From Gemmatimonadaceae bacterium (GTDB lineage: Bacteria > Gemmatimonadota > Gemmatimonadetes > Gemmatimonadales > Gemmatimonadaceae), in assembly GCA_051859245.1 (NCBI GenBank), contig JBHYGA010000005.1, forward strand, positions 352,001 through 416,000: a stretch of 64,000 bases of DNA, given 5' to 3'. Position numbers and translations under genes: made by a program. The notes under the pieces were generated by a model. The model was given only the letters and a program-made list of their open reading frames with translations. It did no database searches and had not been told where the DNA came from. Below, in pieces: positions 26,536 to 36,724 of this stretch (positions are counted from its first letter, which is position 1; each line of letters starts with the position of its first letter).

Positions 26536-28693
26536 GCCCACCGTACCACTGGCGGCCGGTAAAGCCCGGCCAACCGGCGCCAAGCTGACGGTTCGCCACG
26601 TTGTCCACACCGATGGACAGATCAACACCGGCGCCAACGCTGCGGGCCGCGCGCAGATCAACTCGTGTAAACGCGGGTTGAGTGGACGTGACCACACCAC
26701 TCGCATCGCGCTGCAGCGGCGTGTCACCCGTGTAGAGCAGTGTGGCTGACACACGCGCCCCCAGCAGCTGGCCAGCTGACGCAGACATGCGACCCGACCA
26801 ACGCGGGCGTCCGAGCAATACGCGCGTGGTCAGCACGTCACGTGCATCAAGGTAGGCCACGCCGCTTTCCAGGCGCACTCGACCCGAGGTGAAACCACTC
26901 TCCAGTTCCACACCACGGGTCCGAGCAGACGCGACGTTTCCGTAGGTGTACACGCCCGCGGCTTCCGCCTCAACAAACTCAATGAAGTCGCTCAGTCGAT
27001 TCTCGAATCCGCTGGCGCGCACATACGCACGATCGGCGGCGTACTCAACGTTCAACTGCGCGCTTGTGGACGTCTCGGGGCGGAGTAACTCATTGCCACG
27101 CACCGCATATCCCGCCTGCGCGTTCGCGAACGACAAATACATCTCCTTGAAGTCCGGCGCACGAAACCCGCGGCCAACCGTGGCGCGCACGCTTAAAGCA
27201 TTTACTGGCCGCCAGAGTGCAGCGACACGCGGCGTGGCGTAGTTGCCCCACTGCTCGTTCCACGTAAACCGTACGCCCGGAGTCACCGTGAGCGAACGAC
27301 CGCCCAACGTGATCTGCGCGAACGGTTCTGCGGCGTTAAACGCGCGCCGCAACGAGTCGATTCGATCGGCCACAATCGTCTCGCGTCGCAGCTCGAGGCC
27401 AGCATCAACAATCGCGCCCGCCAGCGGCCCGCTCCATGTGAGCTCAAGCTCCGTCAGTTCCTGGCGATCACGCTCACCGGCATCACTCTGTGGCTGGTCG
27501 AGCGTGCTGGAACGCGCCAGGTGATCAAAGCGCGACCGATACACGAGGACGCCGGCACGGTGCGAGCCCTGCTGCCAATGCGCGCCCAATCGTGCGGATT
27601 GCTGATCGCGATCGGCAAATCGAAACAGCTGCCCGGTGCGATACCGCTGCTGTTCGCCAATGAGCAAGGCACTCGACTCGATGCGCCACGCATCTGAGAG
27701 TTGCACACGCAGCTGCGGCGAGACTTCCTGTCGCTGCGCAAATGTTCCGACATCGCTGGCGACACCAGGCGCCAGCTGCAGTGAACGGATGCCCACGTCG
27801 ACACCGCCACGCACACGATCGGTGCCGGAGAGCAGCGACCCGCTCAGATCCATGCGTCCGCGACTGCCGCCAATCATTTGCAGCGACGCATCCGTGCGAT
27901 CGCCCGAGGCGCGTCGCGTGACAAGATTAATCACACCGCCCATCGCGTCCGAGCCATACAGCGTGGACTGCGGGCCCTTGATGACTTCAATGCGCTCGAG
28001 GTTCGCCGTTGGCAGACGAGACAGATCAAGATTGCCATTGATGCGTCCAACCAGCGGCTGTCCATCAAGCAGAATGAGCACGCGGTTGGTGCCCAGGCCT
28101 TGCAGTTGCACGCCCGCGCCCGCCGGCAGTCCGCCTTCGAGTTGCACGCCCAGCTGTTCCGTCAGCACACTCGCCACATCAGTGGCGCCGCTGCGTTCAA
28201 TCTCCGCACGCGCAACAATCTCAATCGGGACCACGGCGTCTTTCAGTCGCTGCTCACGACGCGCCGCGGTGATGACCGTGGCGTCGAGTTGCAGCGCCAG
28301 CGGCGTCAGTGCAACTCGTGCGGCATTCTGGAGCGATGCGTGCGCACGCGCGCTGATCCGTGTGGTTGAGGGTGCAAAGCCGAGGCGTCGTACCCGCAAC
28401 ACAGCGGTCGCGTCACCAGCCGGGCGAGTTCGCAGCGTGAAGGTGCCGTCACTGCCGCTGAGCGTCTGCACCGTGTCTGCCGATTCGCCGTAGGCAACGA
28501 CTGCCACCACCAGGGCCTCGCTGACCGGCTGACCAGATCGCGCGTCGGTCACGACGCCGTGAACCACTGGCGAAGCGGCGCCTTGCGCGAACAGCGTGTG
28601 CGGTGGCAGCAGGCTGAAAAGCAGTGCGGCAAGCGCCACGCTGACCCGGTGCGAGGCTGTATATGAACGACGGTGCGAAGCGCGAAACGGCAC
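26498..28693 (-). CDS. TonB-dependent receptor (CirA/HmuR-like)
   Basis: N-terminal carboxypeptidase-regulatory-like domain, plug VLILLDG...ERIEVIKGPQSTLYGSDAMGGVIN, GFRAP, LRPE, terminal aromatic strand. Confidence 0.93.
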   Translation of the reverse strand: MPFRASHRRSYTASHRVSVALAALLFSLLPPHTLFAQGAASPVVHGVVTDARSGQPVSEALVVAVVAYGESADTVQTLSGSDGTFTLRTRPAGDATAVLRVRRLGFAPSTTRISARAHASLQNAARVALTPLALQLDATVITAARREQRLKDAVVPIEIVARAEIERSGATDVASVLTEQLGVQLEGGLPAGAGVQLQGLGTNRVLILLDGQPLVGRINGNLDLSRLPTANLERIEVIKGPQSTLYGSDAMGGVINLVTRRASGDRTDASLQMIGGSRGRMDLSGSLLSGTDRVRGGVDVGIRSLQLAPGVASDVGTFAQRQEVSPQLRVQLSDAWRIESSALLIGEQQRYRTGQLFRFADRDQQSARLGAHWQQGSHRAGVLVYRSRFDHLARSSTLDQPQSDAGERDRQELTELELTWSGPLAGAIVDAGLELRRETIVADRIDSLRRAFNAAEPFAQITLGGRSLTVTPGVRFTWNEQWGNYATPRVAALWRPVNALSVRATVGRGFRAPDFKEMYLSFANAQAGYAVRGNELLRPETSTSAQLNVEYAADRAYVRASGFENRLSDFIEFVEAEAAGVYTYGNVASARTRGVELESGFTSGRVRLESGVAYLDARDVLTTRVLLGRPRWSGRMSASAGQLLGARVSATLLYTGDTPLQRDASGVVTSTQPAFTRVDLRAARSVGAGVDLSIGVDNVANRQLGAGWPGFTGRQWYGGLTWTPNPAAAAR

Positions 28694-28902
28694 GGAGATG
28701 AACGAAGGAGGAAGTCGTCGGCGTCGCCTCGAAGGCGCCAGCCGATGTGTTGATAGAAAGACTCACCCGCGCGCGCCGCTGTACAACGTGCGAGAGATAC
28801 GGGGGCACTCACTCCGAAACGGTACGCATCCGCGAATCGCGTACTATTACGGAGGCCTGGCTGTGGCGTATCTTTCCCCTCTACCTCCCACCTCCCTATC
28901 AG

Positions 28903-30519
28903 ATGCGCAATCGTCGCAGCTCCGTCGTGATCGCCAGTGCCGCAGCTGCCCGAACCGTTGCTGGGGCCGCGCTCATGGCGCTCGCCGTTGGCACGAGTGG
29001 CGGACCGTTGGCCGCGCAGACGGCAGACTCGCTCGATGTACTGATCGTTGACGGACGCGTCATCGATGGCTCGGGTGGTCCGACGCGAAGCGTCGATGTG
29101 GGAGTGCGAGGCGACCGCATTGTGTTCCTTGGCTCGGCGCCGAGAACGGCGAGACTGACCGCACGTCGTTTGATCAACGCGCGTAGTCTGGTTGTGGCGC
29201 CCGGTTTCATTGATCCGCACGCGCACGTGTTGCTCGAGCTTGGTGATCGGAATCAGAGTGGACTGCCCGGCTATCTGCAGCAGGGCGTGACCACGGTGAT
29301 TACCGGTAACGACGGTGGCGGCCCTGAACGTGTGACTGAAACGCTGTCGCGGTGGGTGCAGAACGGACTCGGTCCGAACGCCGGCGTGCTCGTTGGACAC
29401 GGCACCGTGCGCCAGCGTGTGTTGGGTATGCGAGACGCAGCGCCCGCCGCCGCGGAGCTCGACAGCATGCGCACGCTAGTTCGCACCGCGATGCAAGGCG
29501 GCGCGCTCGGTCTGTCCTCGGGTCTGTATTACGCGCCCGGAAGTTTTGCCACGACAGACGAAGTCGTGGCGCTGGCGCGAGAAGTGGCGCCGTTCGGCGG
29601 TGTGTACGACACGCACATGCGCGATGAATCCAGCTACACGGTGGGATTGCTGGCGTCGCTGCGCGAAGCGTTGCGCGTGGGTCGCGAAGGAGGCGTGCCG
29701 TTACATGTGTCACACATCAAGGCGCTCGGCGTTGATGTCTGGGGCCGAAGCGACAGCATCGTGGCGATTGTTCGCGCCGCACGCGACGCCGGTCAAATGG
29801 TGACCGCCGATCAGTATCCGTATCTTGCGTCCGGCACCGGTCTCGGCGCCGCGATGTTACCGCGCTGGGCCGAAGCTGGCGGGCGCGATTCGTTGGTGCG
29901 GCGACTGACAGACAGTACGATCTTGCCCAGGCTTCGCGCCGAGATGACGGAGAACCTGCGCCGTCGTGGTGGCGCACAATCATTGTTGCTCACATCAGCG
30001 CGTGATACCTCGCTCACCGGGCGCACGCTGGAAGCCATCGCCACGCAGGAAGGCACCGATGCGGTGTCCACCGCCATTCGGATTCTGCTCCGTGAATCGC
30101 CAAGCGTGGCCTCGTTCAACATGACGCAGGCCGACGTTGATGTGCTGGCGGTGGAACCCTGGGTGGTCACGGGCAGTGACGGATCTGGCGGACATCCGCG
30201 CAAGTTCGGTGCGTTTCCCAAGGCGATGCGCGATTTTGTCATGGATCGCTCACTCATGACCATGGAAACGTTTGTTGCCAGGTCAAGCGCCATGACGGCA
30301 CGCATTTTTGGATTGGCCGACCGTGGCCTGATCGCCGAAGGGCAGTTCGCCGATCTGATCGTGTTCGATCCGGCCACCGTTCGTGATCGTTCGACCTATG
30401 TCGATCCGCAGTTGCCCGCGGAAGGCATGCGGTGGGTCTTGGTAAATGGACAGATCGTAATTGAGAACGGGGCACCCACGGCGGCTCGTCCTGGGCGCAC
30501 ATTGCGTCCGACGCGATGA
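28903..30519 (+). CDS. N-acyl-D-amino-acid deacylase family amidohydrolase
   Basis: PGFIDPHAH, THMRDE, SHIK, DQYPY.AS, SDG..HPR.FGAFP, ADLIVFDP. Confidence 0.9.
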   Translation: MRNRRSSVVIASAAAARTVAGAALMALAVGTSGGPLAAQTADSLDVLIVDGRVIDGSGGPTRSVDVGVRGDRIVFLGSAPRTARLTARRLINARSLVVAPGFIDPHAHVLLELGDRNQSGLPGYLQQGVTTVITGNDGGGPERVTETLSRWVQNGLGPNAGVLVGHGTVRQRVLGMRDAAPAAAELDSMRTLVRTAMQGGALGLSSGLYYAPGSFATTDEVVALAREVAPFGGVYDTHMRDESSYTVGLLASLREALRVGREGGVPLHVSHIKALGVDVWGRSDSIVAIVRAARDAGQMVTADQYPYLASGTGLGAAMLPRWAEAGGRDSLVRRLTDSTILPRLRAEMTENLRRRGGAQSLLLTSARDTSLTGRTLEAIATQEGTDAVSTAIRILLRESPSVASFNMTQADVDVLAVEPWVVTGSDGSGGHPRKFGAFPKAMRDFVMDRSLMTMETFVARSSAMTARIFGLADRGLIAEGQFADLIVFDPATVRDRSTYVDPQLPAEGMRWVLVNGQIVIENGAPTAARPGRTLRPTR

Positions 30520-30582
30520 CCGCTAGCGCGTGCGGTGCACACGGCGCAGGTTACGCGAATGTTGACGCCTGCCACTGAGTAA

Positions 30583-31083
30583 ATGATCACCATCCGCACC
30601 GCGACTCCGGCGGACGTGCCACTGATCCTGCGATTTATTCGCGGCCTGGCCGAGTACGAGCGACTCGCGCACGAGTGCGTCGCGACGGAAGCGTCGCTTG
30701 AGCGCACACTGTTTTCCGACAAACCATCGGCTGAAGTGATTCTGGCCTTTGTGGGTAACGCACCAGCCGGATTTGCACTGTTCTTTCACAACTACAGCAC
30801 GTTTCTGGCGCAGCCCGGATTGTATCTGGAGGATCTCTTCGTCGATCCGGCGTTTCGCGGTAACGGCGTGGGGCGTGCGCTGCTGGCGCGTCTCGCAATG
30901 ATTGCCGAGGCGCGGGACTGTGGTCGCTTTGAGTGGTCAGTGCTCGACTGGAACACCGACGCGATACGTTTCTACGAGAAGCTTGGTGCGCGTGGCATGA
31001 CAGATTGGACTGTGCATCGCGTTACGGGAGACGCGCTGCGTCAACTTGCGGCTGAGGGACGGGCAAATGTCGGATCCACGTGA
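30583..31083 (+). CDS. GNAT family N-acetyltransferase (diamine acetyltransferase-like)
   Basis: LAEYE, YLEDLFV, RGNGVG, VLDWN..AIRFY. Confidence 0.92.
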   Translation: MITIRTATPADVPLILRFIRGLAEYERLAHECVATEASLERTLFSDKPSAEVILAFVGNAPAGFALFFHNYSTFLAQPGLYLEDLFVDPAFRGNGVGRALLARLAMIAEARDCGRFEWSVLDWNTDAIRFYEKLGARGMTDWTVHRVTGDALRQLAAEGRANVGST

Positions 31084-31954
31084 AACGTCGACGCTTTCGC
31101 GTCGTGAACTGCTCGCTTTGTTCGCCGCGGCAAGTGCCGGCGCGATTGCACTGCCACGCGTGGTATCGGCGCTCGAGCGCCGCGCCGATACGCTCGCGGG
31201 CGTGCGCGCCAGACCACCGATTGGCTTGCAACTGTATACGGTGCGCACGCTCATGCAGCGGGATTTGCCGGGTACAATTGCGGCACTCGCAGCGGCGGGT
31301 GTTCGCGACGTGGAGTTTGCGGGCTACTTCAACCGGTCGCCGCAGGATCTCCGGGCTCTGCTCACGCAACATGGCATGTCCGCGCCTGCTGCGCACGTCC
31401 CGATTCCGAACAGCGCAGCTGGCTGGACACCGGTGTTCGATGCGGCCGAAGCGTTGGGGCACAAGTGGCTGGTGATCCCATGGGTTGGCAATGATGTGCG
31501 CGCGTCGCTTGATGGCTGGCGAAAGCTTGCCGAGCAGCTCAATCAAGCGGCCGTAAAGGCTGCGCCGCGCGGCATTCGCATGGCGTATCACAATCACGAT
31601 TTCGAGTTTGCAACGACCGAAGGTCGCGTGGCTTACGACGTCTTTGTGGAGCGACTTGACGCGAAGCTGGTGGATCTCGAACTCGATCTGTATTGGGCGG
31701 TGAAAGCCGGTCAGGATCCGGCGGCGATGTTTGCAAAAATGCCGGGACGCTTTCCGCTTTGGCACGTGAAGGATGCCGGTCCGCCACCGGAACGCGCGAT
31801 GCTTGATGTTGGTGCAGGCACCATCAACTTCGCCGCGCTCTTTGCGATGAGCGAAAAATCCGGGCTCAAGCACGCGTTCATTGAACACGACAACCCGAAG
31901 GATGCGTTGGCCAGCGTGCAGGCCAGCGCGGCCGCGTTGAAAAAGATACCGTAG
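31067..31954 (+). CDS. Sugar phosphate isomerase/epimerase (AP endonuclease 2 TIM barrel), Tat-exported
   Basis: SRRELL leader, GLQLYTVR, YHNHDFEF, ELDLYW, HVKD, IEHD. Confidence 0.9.
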   Translation: MSDPRETSTLSRRELLALFAAASAGAIALPRVVSALERRADTLAGVRARPPIGLQLYTVRTLMQRDLPGTIAALAAAGVRDVEFAGYFNRSPQDLRALLTQHGMSAPAAHVPIPNSAAGWTPVFDAAEALGHKWLVIPWVGNDVRASLDGWRKLAEQLNQAAVKAAPRGIRMAYHNHDFEFATTEGRVAYDVFVERLDAKLVDLELDLYWAVKAGQDPAAMFAKMPGRFPLWHVKDAGPPPERAMLDVGAGTINFAALFAMSEKSGLKHAFIEHDNPKDALASVQASAAALKKIP

Positions 31955-32040
31955 CACGCACGGTCTGCAGCGAACCCTCCTCGTCTCCCTCCTTTGTCAC
32001 TTCGTCCGGCGCACTGCCGCGACGACCAGCGAATGACTGC

Positions 32041-33735
32041 ATGCAAGTAGCGCAACCTCGCACGACATACGATGTCGCCATTGTTGGTTCCGGTGCCGGC
32101 GGCGCGACCGCGGCGTACATGCTGACCAAAGCCGGCGCGAACGTGATCGTGCTCGAAGCAGGACCGTGGTGGGACAACACCAAGGATTCTGCGATGCTCA
32201 AAATGCCGTACGATTCGCCGCGTCGCGGACGCGCCACCACGGAGCGGCCGTTCGGCGAATGGGACGCGTGTCTCGGCGGCTGGGAAGTGGATGGTGAACC
32301 GTACACTGTGGCGCAGGGATCGCAGTTCCGCTGGTGGCGCGCGCGCATGCTTGGAGGCCGCACGAATCACTGGGGACGCATTTCGCTGCGATTTGGTCCG
32401 GATGACTTCAAGCGCAAATCGATTGACGGGCTCGGCGACGACTGGCCCATCAGCTACAACGATCTGGCGCCGTGGTACGACGAAGTCGACAAGTTGATTG
32501 GCATCTTCGGGAGTCGTGAAGGATTGCCCAATCATCCGGATGGAATTTTTCACGACGCACCCGCACCGCGGTGTTACGAGCGTAAGGTGATGGAGGCGTC
32601 GAAGAAACAGGGTGTCACCTGCATTCCGGCGCGTCTGTCGATCATTACCAAGCCGCTCAATGATCGCGCGCCGTGCCACTACTGCGGTCAGTGTAATCGT
32701 GGCTGCATGACGAACTCCAATTTCTCGGCGCCAAACGTGTTGCTCTTTCCGGCGCAGAAAACCGGCCGGCTTGACATCATTACCAACGCGATGGCGCGCG
32801 CGGTCAGTGTTGGTGACGATGGACTCGCGAATGGCGTGAGCTACATCAACAAGGCTACCGGCCTCGATGAGCATGTGAGCGCAAAGATCGTGGTGCTCGC
32901 CGCATCAAGCTGCGAGAGCTCGCGCATTTTGCTGAACTCAAAGTCATCGCATCATCCGCAGGGCATCGCCAACCAGAGTGGTGTGGTGGGCAAGTATCTG
33001 ACCGATACCACGGGCACCGATGTGGCGGGTTTTGTGCCGTCCATGGCAAATGCGCCGTCGCACAACTGCGATGGTGTTGGTGGTGGACACATCTACATGC
33101 CGTGGTGGCTCGACAACAAGAAGCTGGACTTCCCACGCGGATATCACATTGAAGTGTGGGGCGGGCGGGGCACGCCAAGCTACGGATTCATGGGTGGCAT
33201 TCAATCGTATCCCGACGGTGGTGGCTATGGTGCGGCGCTCAAGGACAGCTACCGCAAGTACTGGGGCACCACGATTGGTTTCTCGGGACGTGGCGAGATG
33301 GTGCCCAACGCCGATTCGTACTGCGAGCTTGATCCGACCGTCACGGACCAGTACGGAATTCCCGTGTTGCGTTTCAACTTCAAGTGGACGGACTACGAGT
33401 ACAATCAGGTCAAGCACATGCAGGAAACGTTCCGGTCGTTGATTGCCGAAATGGGTGGTGAAGTGTTTTCTCGAATGCCCACGCGTGAACAGGGATACGG
33501 CATTGCGACCGGTGGCGCGATCATTCACGAACTCGGCACCGTGCGCATGGGGTCAAGCGCGAGCAACTCTGCACTCAACTCGCAGTGTCAGGCGTGGGAT
33601 TGCAAAAACGTGTTTGTGGCGGACGGCGGCCCGTTTGTGAGTCAGGCCGACAAGAATCCCACGTGGACGATCATGGCGCTCGCCATGCGAACCAGTCAGT
33701 ACATCATGGATCAACGCAAAGCGGGGGCGCTCTGA
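32041..33735 (+). CDS. GMC family FAD oxidoreductase (glucoside 3-dehydrogenase-like catalytic subunit)
   Basis: GSGAGG, LGGRTNHWGR, CHYCGQCNRGC Fe-S motif, HELGTVRMG, NPTWTIMALA. Confidence 0.92.
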   Translation: MQVAQPRTTYDVAIVGSGAGGATAAYMLTKAGANVIVLEAGPWWDNTKDSAMLKMPYDSPRRGRATTERPFGEWDACLGGWEVDGEPYTVAQGSQFRWWRARMLGGRTNHWGRISLRFGPDDFKRKSIDGLGDDWPISYNDLAPWYDEVDKLIGIFGSREGLPNHPDGIFHDAPAPRCYERKVMEASKKQGVTCIPARLSIITKPLNDRAPCHYCGQCNRGCMTNSNFSAPNVLLFPAQKTGRLDIITNAMARAVSVGDDGLANGVSYINKATGLDEHVSAKIVVLAASSCESSRILLNSKSSHHPQGIANQSGVVGKYLTDTTGTDVAGFVPSMANAPSHNCDGVGGGHIYMPWWLDNKKLDFPRGYHIEVWGGRGTPSYGFMGGIQSYPDGGGYGAALKDSYRKYWGTTIGFSGRGEMVPNADSYCELDPTVTDQYGIPVLRFNFKWTDYEYNQVKHMQETFRSLIAEMGGEVFSRMPTREQGYGIATGGAIIHELGTVRMGSSASNSALNSQCQAWDCKNVFVADGGPFVSQADKNPTWTIMALAMRTSQYIMDQRKAGAL

Positions 33736-34322
33736 TGGAACGGCGCGATATGCTCAAGCTGATGGCCACGTTACCACTGAGTACGTGGTCACTCGCATCC
33801 GATGATGTCAGCGCGGCTGCTGATCGAACGGCCGAGATTTTTCTGGCGGATCAACCGGAACCGTTCAAGCCCGCGTTCTTTAACGCGCTTGAGTGGCGCA
33901 CCGTGCGAACGCTCGTGGACATTGTGATTCCACGCGATGATCGATCGGGCAGTGCAACCGACGCCGGCGTACCGGAGTTCATGGATTTCATCATGGTGGA
34001 GTACACCGGCAATCGCGCGCGCATGCGCAGCGGACTGGGCTGGTTGAACGCCGAATCCCGCGCGCGCCACGGCAAGCCGTTTCCTGACATCACAACGGCA
34101 GAACAAACGGCCATTGTTGAAGACATTGCGTGGCCACGTCGTGCAAAGCCGGAACACGCCGCGGGTGTGCAGTTCTTTAACGCATTCCGCGATCTCACCG
34201 CCACGGGATTCTTCACGAGCCTTGTTGGTATTCGCGATCTTGGATATCAGGGCAACATGCCGCTCGGCGCGTGGACGGGCTGCCCACCGGAAGTGCTGGC
34301 CCACATTGGAGTGAACCCATGA
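33735..34322 (+). CDS. Gluconate 2-dehydrogenase subunit 3 family (Tat hitchhiker subunit)
   Basis: MERRDML leader, IP.D..SGSATDAGV.EF.D, T..GFFTS..G..DLGY.GN. Confidence 0.9.
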   Translation: MERRDMLKLMATLPLSTWSLASDDVSAAADRTAEIFLADQPEPFKPAFFNALEWRTVRTLVDIVIPRDDRSGSATDAGVPEFMDFIMVEYTGNRARMRSGLGWLNAESRARHGKPFPDITTAEQTAIVEDIAWPRRAKPEHAAGVQFFNAFRDLTATGFFTSLVGIRDLGYQGNMPLGAWTGCPPEVLAHIGVNP

Positions 34323-35551
34323 GTGATCGGCTCGGCATTGGCTTTATCGGATCGGGATTCAACACGCGATTCCACATGCAGGCATTCCGCGGCGTGCGCG
34401 ATGCCGATGTGTTGGGTGTCTGGAGTCCGAACCCAAAGAACGCTGCGTCAGCTGCGAAGTTTGCCCGCGAGCTGGATGTTGGCGAGTGCCGCGCGTACAA
34501 GAGTATCACGGCGATGGTGGCCGATCCCGCGATTGACGCCATCTGGCTGAACGGCCCGAACCACGCGCGTATCGAGAACGTCGCCGAAATCGTGGAGGCA
34601 GTGCGCAGCGGGAAGGGCACGCTTCGCGGGATCGCGTGTGAAAAGCCACTCGGTCGTACCGTGGCCGAAGCCAAACAGTTGCTCAAGATGGTGGAGTCGG
34701 TTGGCATCAAACATGGTTATCTCGAGAATCAACTGTTTGCGCCGCAGGTGGTTCGTGGACATGAACTGCTGTGGAAGCGGGGGGCCGCCACCACGGGCCG
34801 TCCGTATCTTGCGCGCGCGGCCGAAGAACACAGCGGTCCGCACATGCCGTGGTTCTGGAACGGAGCGATGCAGGGCGGCGGCGTACTGAATGACATGATG
34901 TGTCACTCGGTGTTGGTGGTGCGTCATCTGCTCACGGCGCCGGGTGAGCCGTTGGCCACGCTCGTACCGCGTCGCATTACCGGGCACATTGCGTCGCTCA
35001 AGTGGACGCGGCCGGCGTACGCGAAAGAGCTCAAGAAAACGATGGGCGTGGATTACACCAAAACGCCGTCGGAAGACTTCGCGAGTGTCATGATTGAGTT
35101 TGAAGGACCGGATGGTCGCACCGTGATTGGTGAAGCGACCACGAGCTGGAGTTTTGTTGGACCAGGTTTGCGTCTGTCAGCTGAGCTGCTTGGACCCGAG
35201 TACTCCATGCGTTGGAACTCACTGGAGTCGGGGCTCGATCTGTTTTTCTCTCGCGCGGTGTCAGGCAAGGCCGGCGAAGATCTGGTCGAAAAGCAGAACG
35301 CAGAAGTCGGGCAGATGCCCGTCGTGGCGGACGAAGCGGTGGCCTACGGTTACGAGGCCGAAGACCGACACTTCGTGCGCGCGTTCCTTGGCAAGGAAGC
35401 GCCCAAGCTCACGTGGCACGACGGCCTTGAAGTGGTGCGACTGCTGATGGTCGCGTACCAAAGCGCCGAACAGGGAAAGACACTCACGTTCCCTTCGCGC
35501 GGGCTCGACAGTTTCGTGCCGGCCGTCGCGCGAGGGACGTGGAAGCCGTAG
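34319..35551 (+). CDS. Gfo/Idh/MocA family oxidoreductase
   Basis: GFIGSG, CEKP, GGGVLNDMMCH. Confidence 0.9.
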   Translation: MSDRLGIGFIGSGFNTRFHMQAFRGVRDADVLGVWSPNPKNAASAAKFARELDVGECRAYKSITAMVADPAIDAIWLNGPNHARIENVAEIVEAVRSGKGTLRGIACEKPLGRTVAEAKQLLKMVESVGIKHGYLENQLFAPQVVRGHELLWKRGAATTGRPYLARAAEEHSGPHMPWFWNGAMQGGGVLNDMMCHSVLVVRHLLTAPGEPLATLVPRRITGHIASLKWTRPAYAKELKKTMGVDYTKTPSEDFASVMIEFEGPDGRTVIGEATTSWSFVGPGLRLSAELLGPEYSMRWNSLESGLDLFFSRAVSGKAGEDLVEKQNAEVGQMPVVADEAVAYGYEAEDRHFVRAFLGKEAPKLTWHDGLEVVRLLMVAYQSAEQGKTLTFPSRGLDSFVPAVARGTWKP

Positions 35552-35560
35552 CGGCGAGCG

Positions 35561-35767
35561 TTAGCGTTTGGGCACCGGGCACGTGTTGATACCAAGCAAC
35601 GAATACAGCGGACACGTGCCCGCAAGTCCCGTGAGCAGCGGCACTATGCCGAGCAGCCCCCACATGGTTTTCGGTCCTGTGAAGTAGAGCGAAAGAAGAC
35701 CGATACCCAGCGCAACACGCACCACGCGCTCAATGGGGTGCTCGTTCATGCCGAAAAAGTTTGCCAT
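35561..35767 (-). CDS. DUF2892 (YgaP-like) membrane protein
   Basis: NE..IER..R, PLLTG..G.CPLY..LGINTC. Confidence 0.92.
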   Translation of the reverse strand: MANFFGMNEHPIERVVRVALGIGLLSLYFTGPKTMWGLLGIVPLLTGLAGTCPLYSLLGINTCPVPKR

Positions 35768-35838
35768 GGTCGGGTCCCTTGGAGGAGTGAGTCTGTTTCG
35801 CCTGCTGCCCAACGGATGCACGGAGCAGGCGAAAGGAT

Positions 35839-36123
35839 TCACCCGTGTTTGGGATCGGTGGCAATCGCGCCGGCCACGCGCGCACGAAGTTGCGCTAGGG
35901 CGTCGTCTCCCAGCGGTGGAGTGGTTGCGGCGTGACCCTCGCGCAGCGCCGTCAGCACGGTCGCCACGTCTGCACCAAAGCGGGCGCACGTTTCACATTC
36001 GGCCAGATGCGCTTTCACCGCGTTCACACGCGCGTCGGACAGCAGACCGTCGAGAAAATCAGAAAGGTCCGCGAGCACATCTCGGCAACGTAGCCCGGCG
36101 ATCACACGATCCAGATCAGGCAT
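35839..36123 (-). CDS. zf-HC2 anti-sigma factor (soluble)
   Basis: C..V...LSDFLDG.L...HLAECETC (HxxxCxxC); no TM helix. Confidence 0.88.
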   Translation of the reverse strand: MPDLDRVIAGLRCRDVLADLSDFLDGLLSDARVNAVKAHLAECETCARFGADVATVLTALREGHAATTPPLGDDALAQLRARVAGAIATDPKHG

Positions 36124-36724
36124 ACAGGCGCTCCTTTGCCGACGGCGGCGGTGTATCCCGTTCCAGTTCACGTACTGCCGCGGCAAGGCGAAGTCGTGCG
36201 CGATGCAGTCTGCTTTTCATGGCGGGCAGTGTCAGATTGAGTGCCAGCGCGGTTTGTTCGCCGGAGAGCTCTTCGATTTCACGCAGCAACAGGATTTCGC
36301 GATCTTCCGAAGTGAGCATCGCCAGCGCCCGCGTGACCAATTCGTGCGCGTCCGCAGCGGCTCCTCCATCCGTTCGTCCCCATCCGGCACGGTCGGCAAT
36401 GCTTTCCATCGACTCTGCAGATTCGAGCGGTGCCCAATGCGATTGTTCACCCACAGCGCGTCGTTGTGATTGACGCACCGCGTTGCGCACAATGGTGAGC
36501 AACCACGACCTCACGCTGCCATCGCCGCGATAGTTCGCTGCCGCCCGCCACGCCGACACAAACGACTCTTGCAACACATCATCGAGTTCCGCACCGCGCA
36601 TTCCCAGCGACAGCGCAAAGCGGTGCAGGGCCTCGGCGTGCGCGGTTACGAGGCGGTCGAACGCGGTGGTGTCGCCCGCAGCTGCGGCAGCAAGTAGTTG
36701 CTGATCAGCGTCCTGGGACGTCAT
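36116..36724 (-). CDS. ECF RNA polymerase sigma factor
   Basis: DDVLQESF, SWL..I.RN, REILLLRE..ELS..., MKSRLHRAR. Confidence 0.93.
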   Translation of the reverse strand: MTSQDADQQLLAAAAAGDTTAFDRLVTAHAEALHRFALSLGMRGAELDDVLQESFVSAWRAAANYRGDGSVRSWLLTIVRNAVRQSQRRAVGEQSHWAPLESAESMESIADRAGWGRTDGGAAADAHELVTRALAMLTSEDREILLLREIEELSGEQTALALNLTLPAMKSRLHRARLRLAAAVRELERDTPPPSAKERLYA

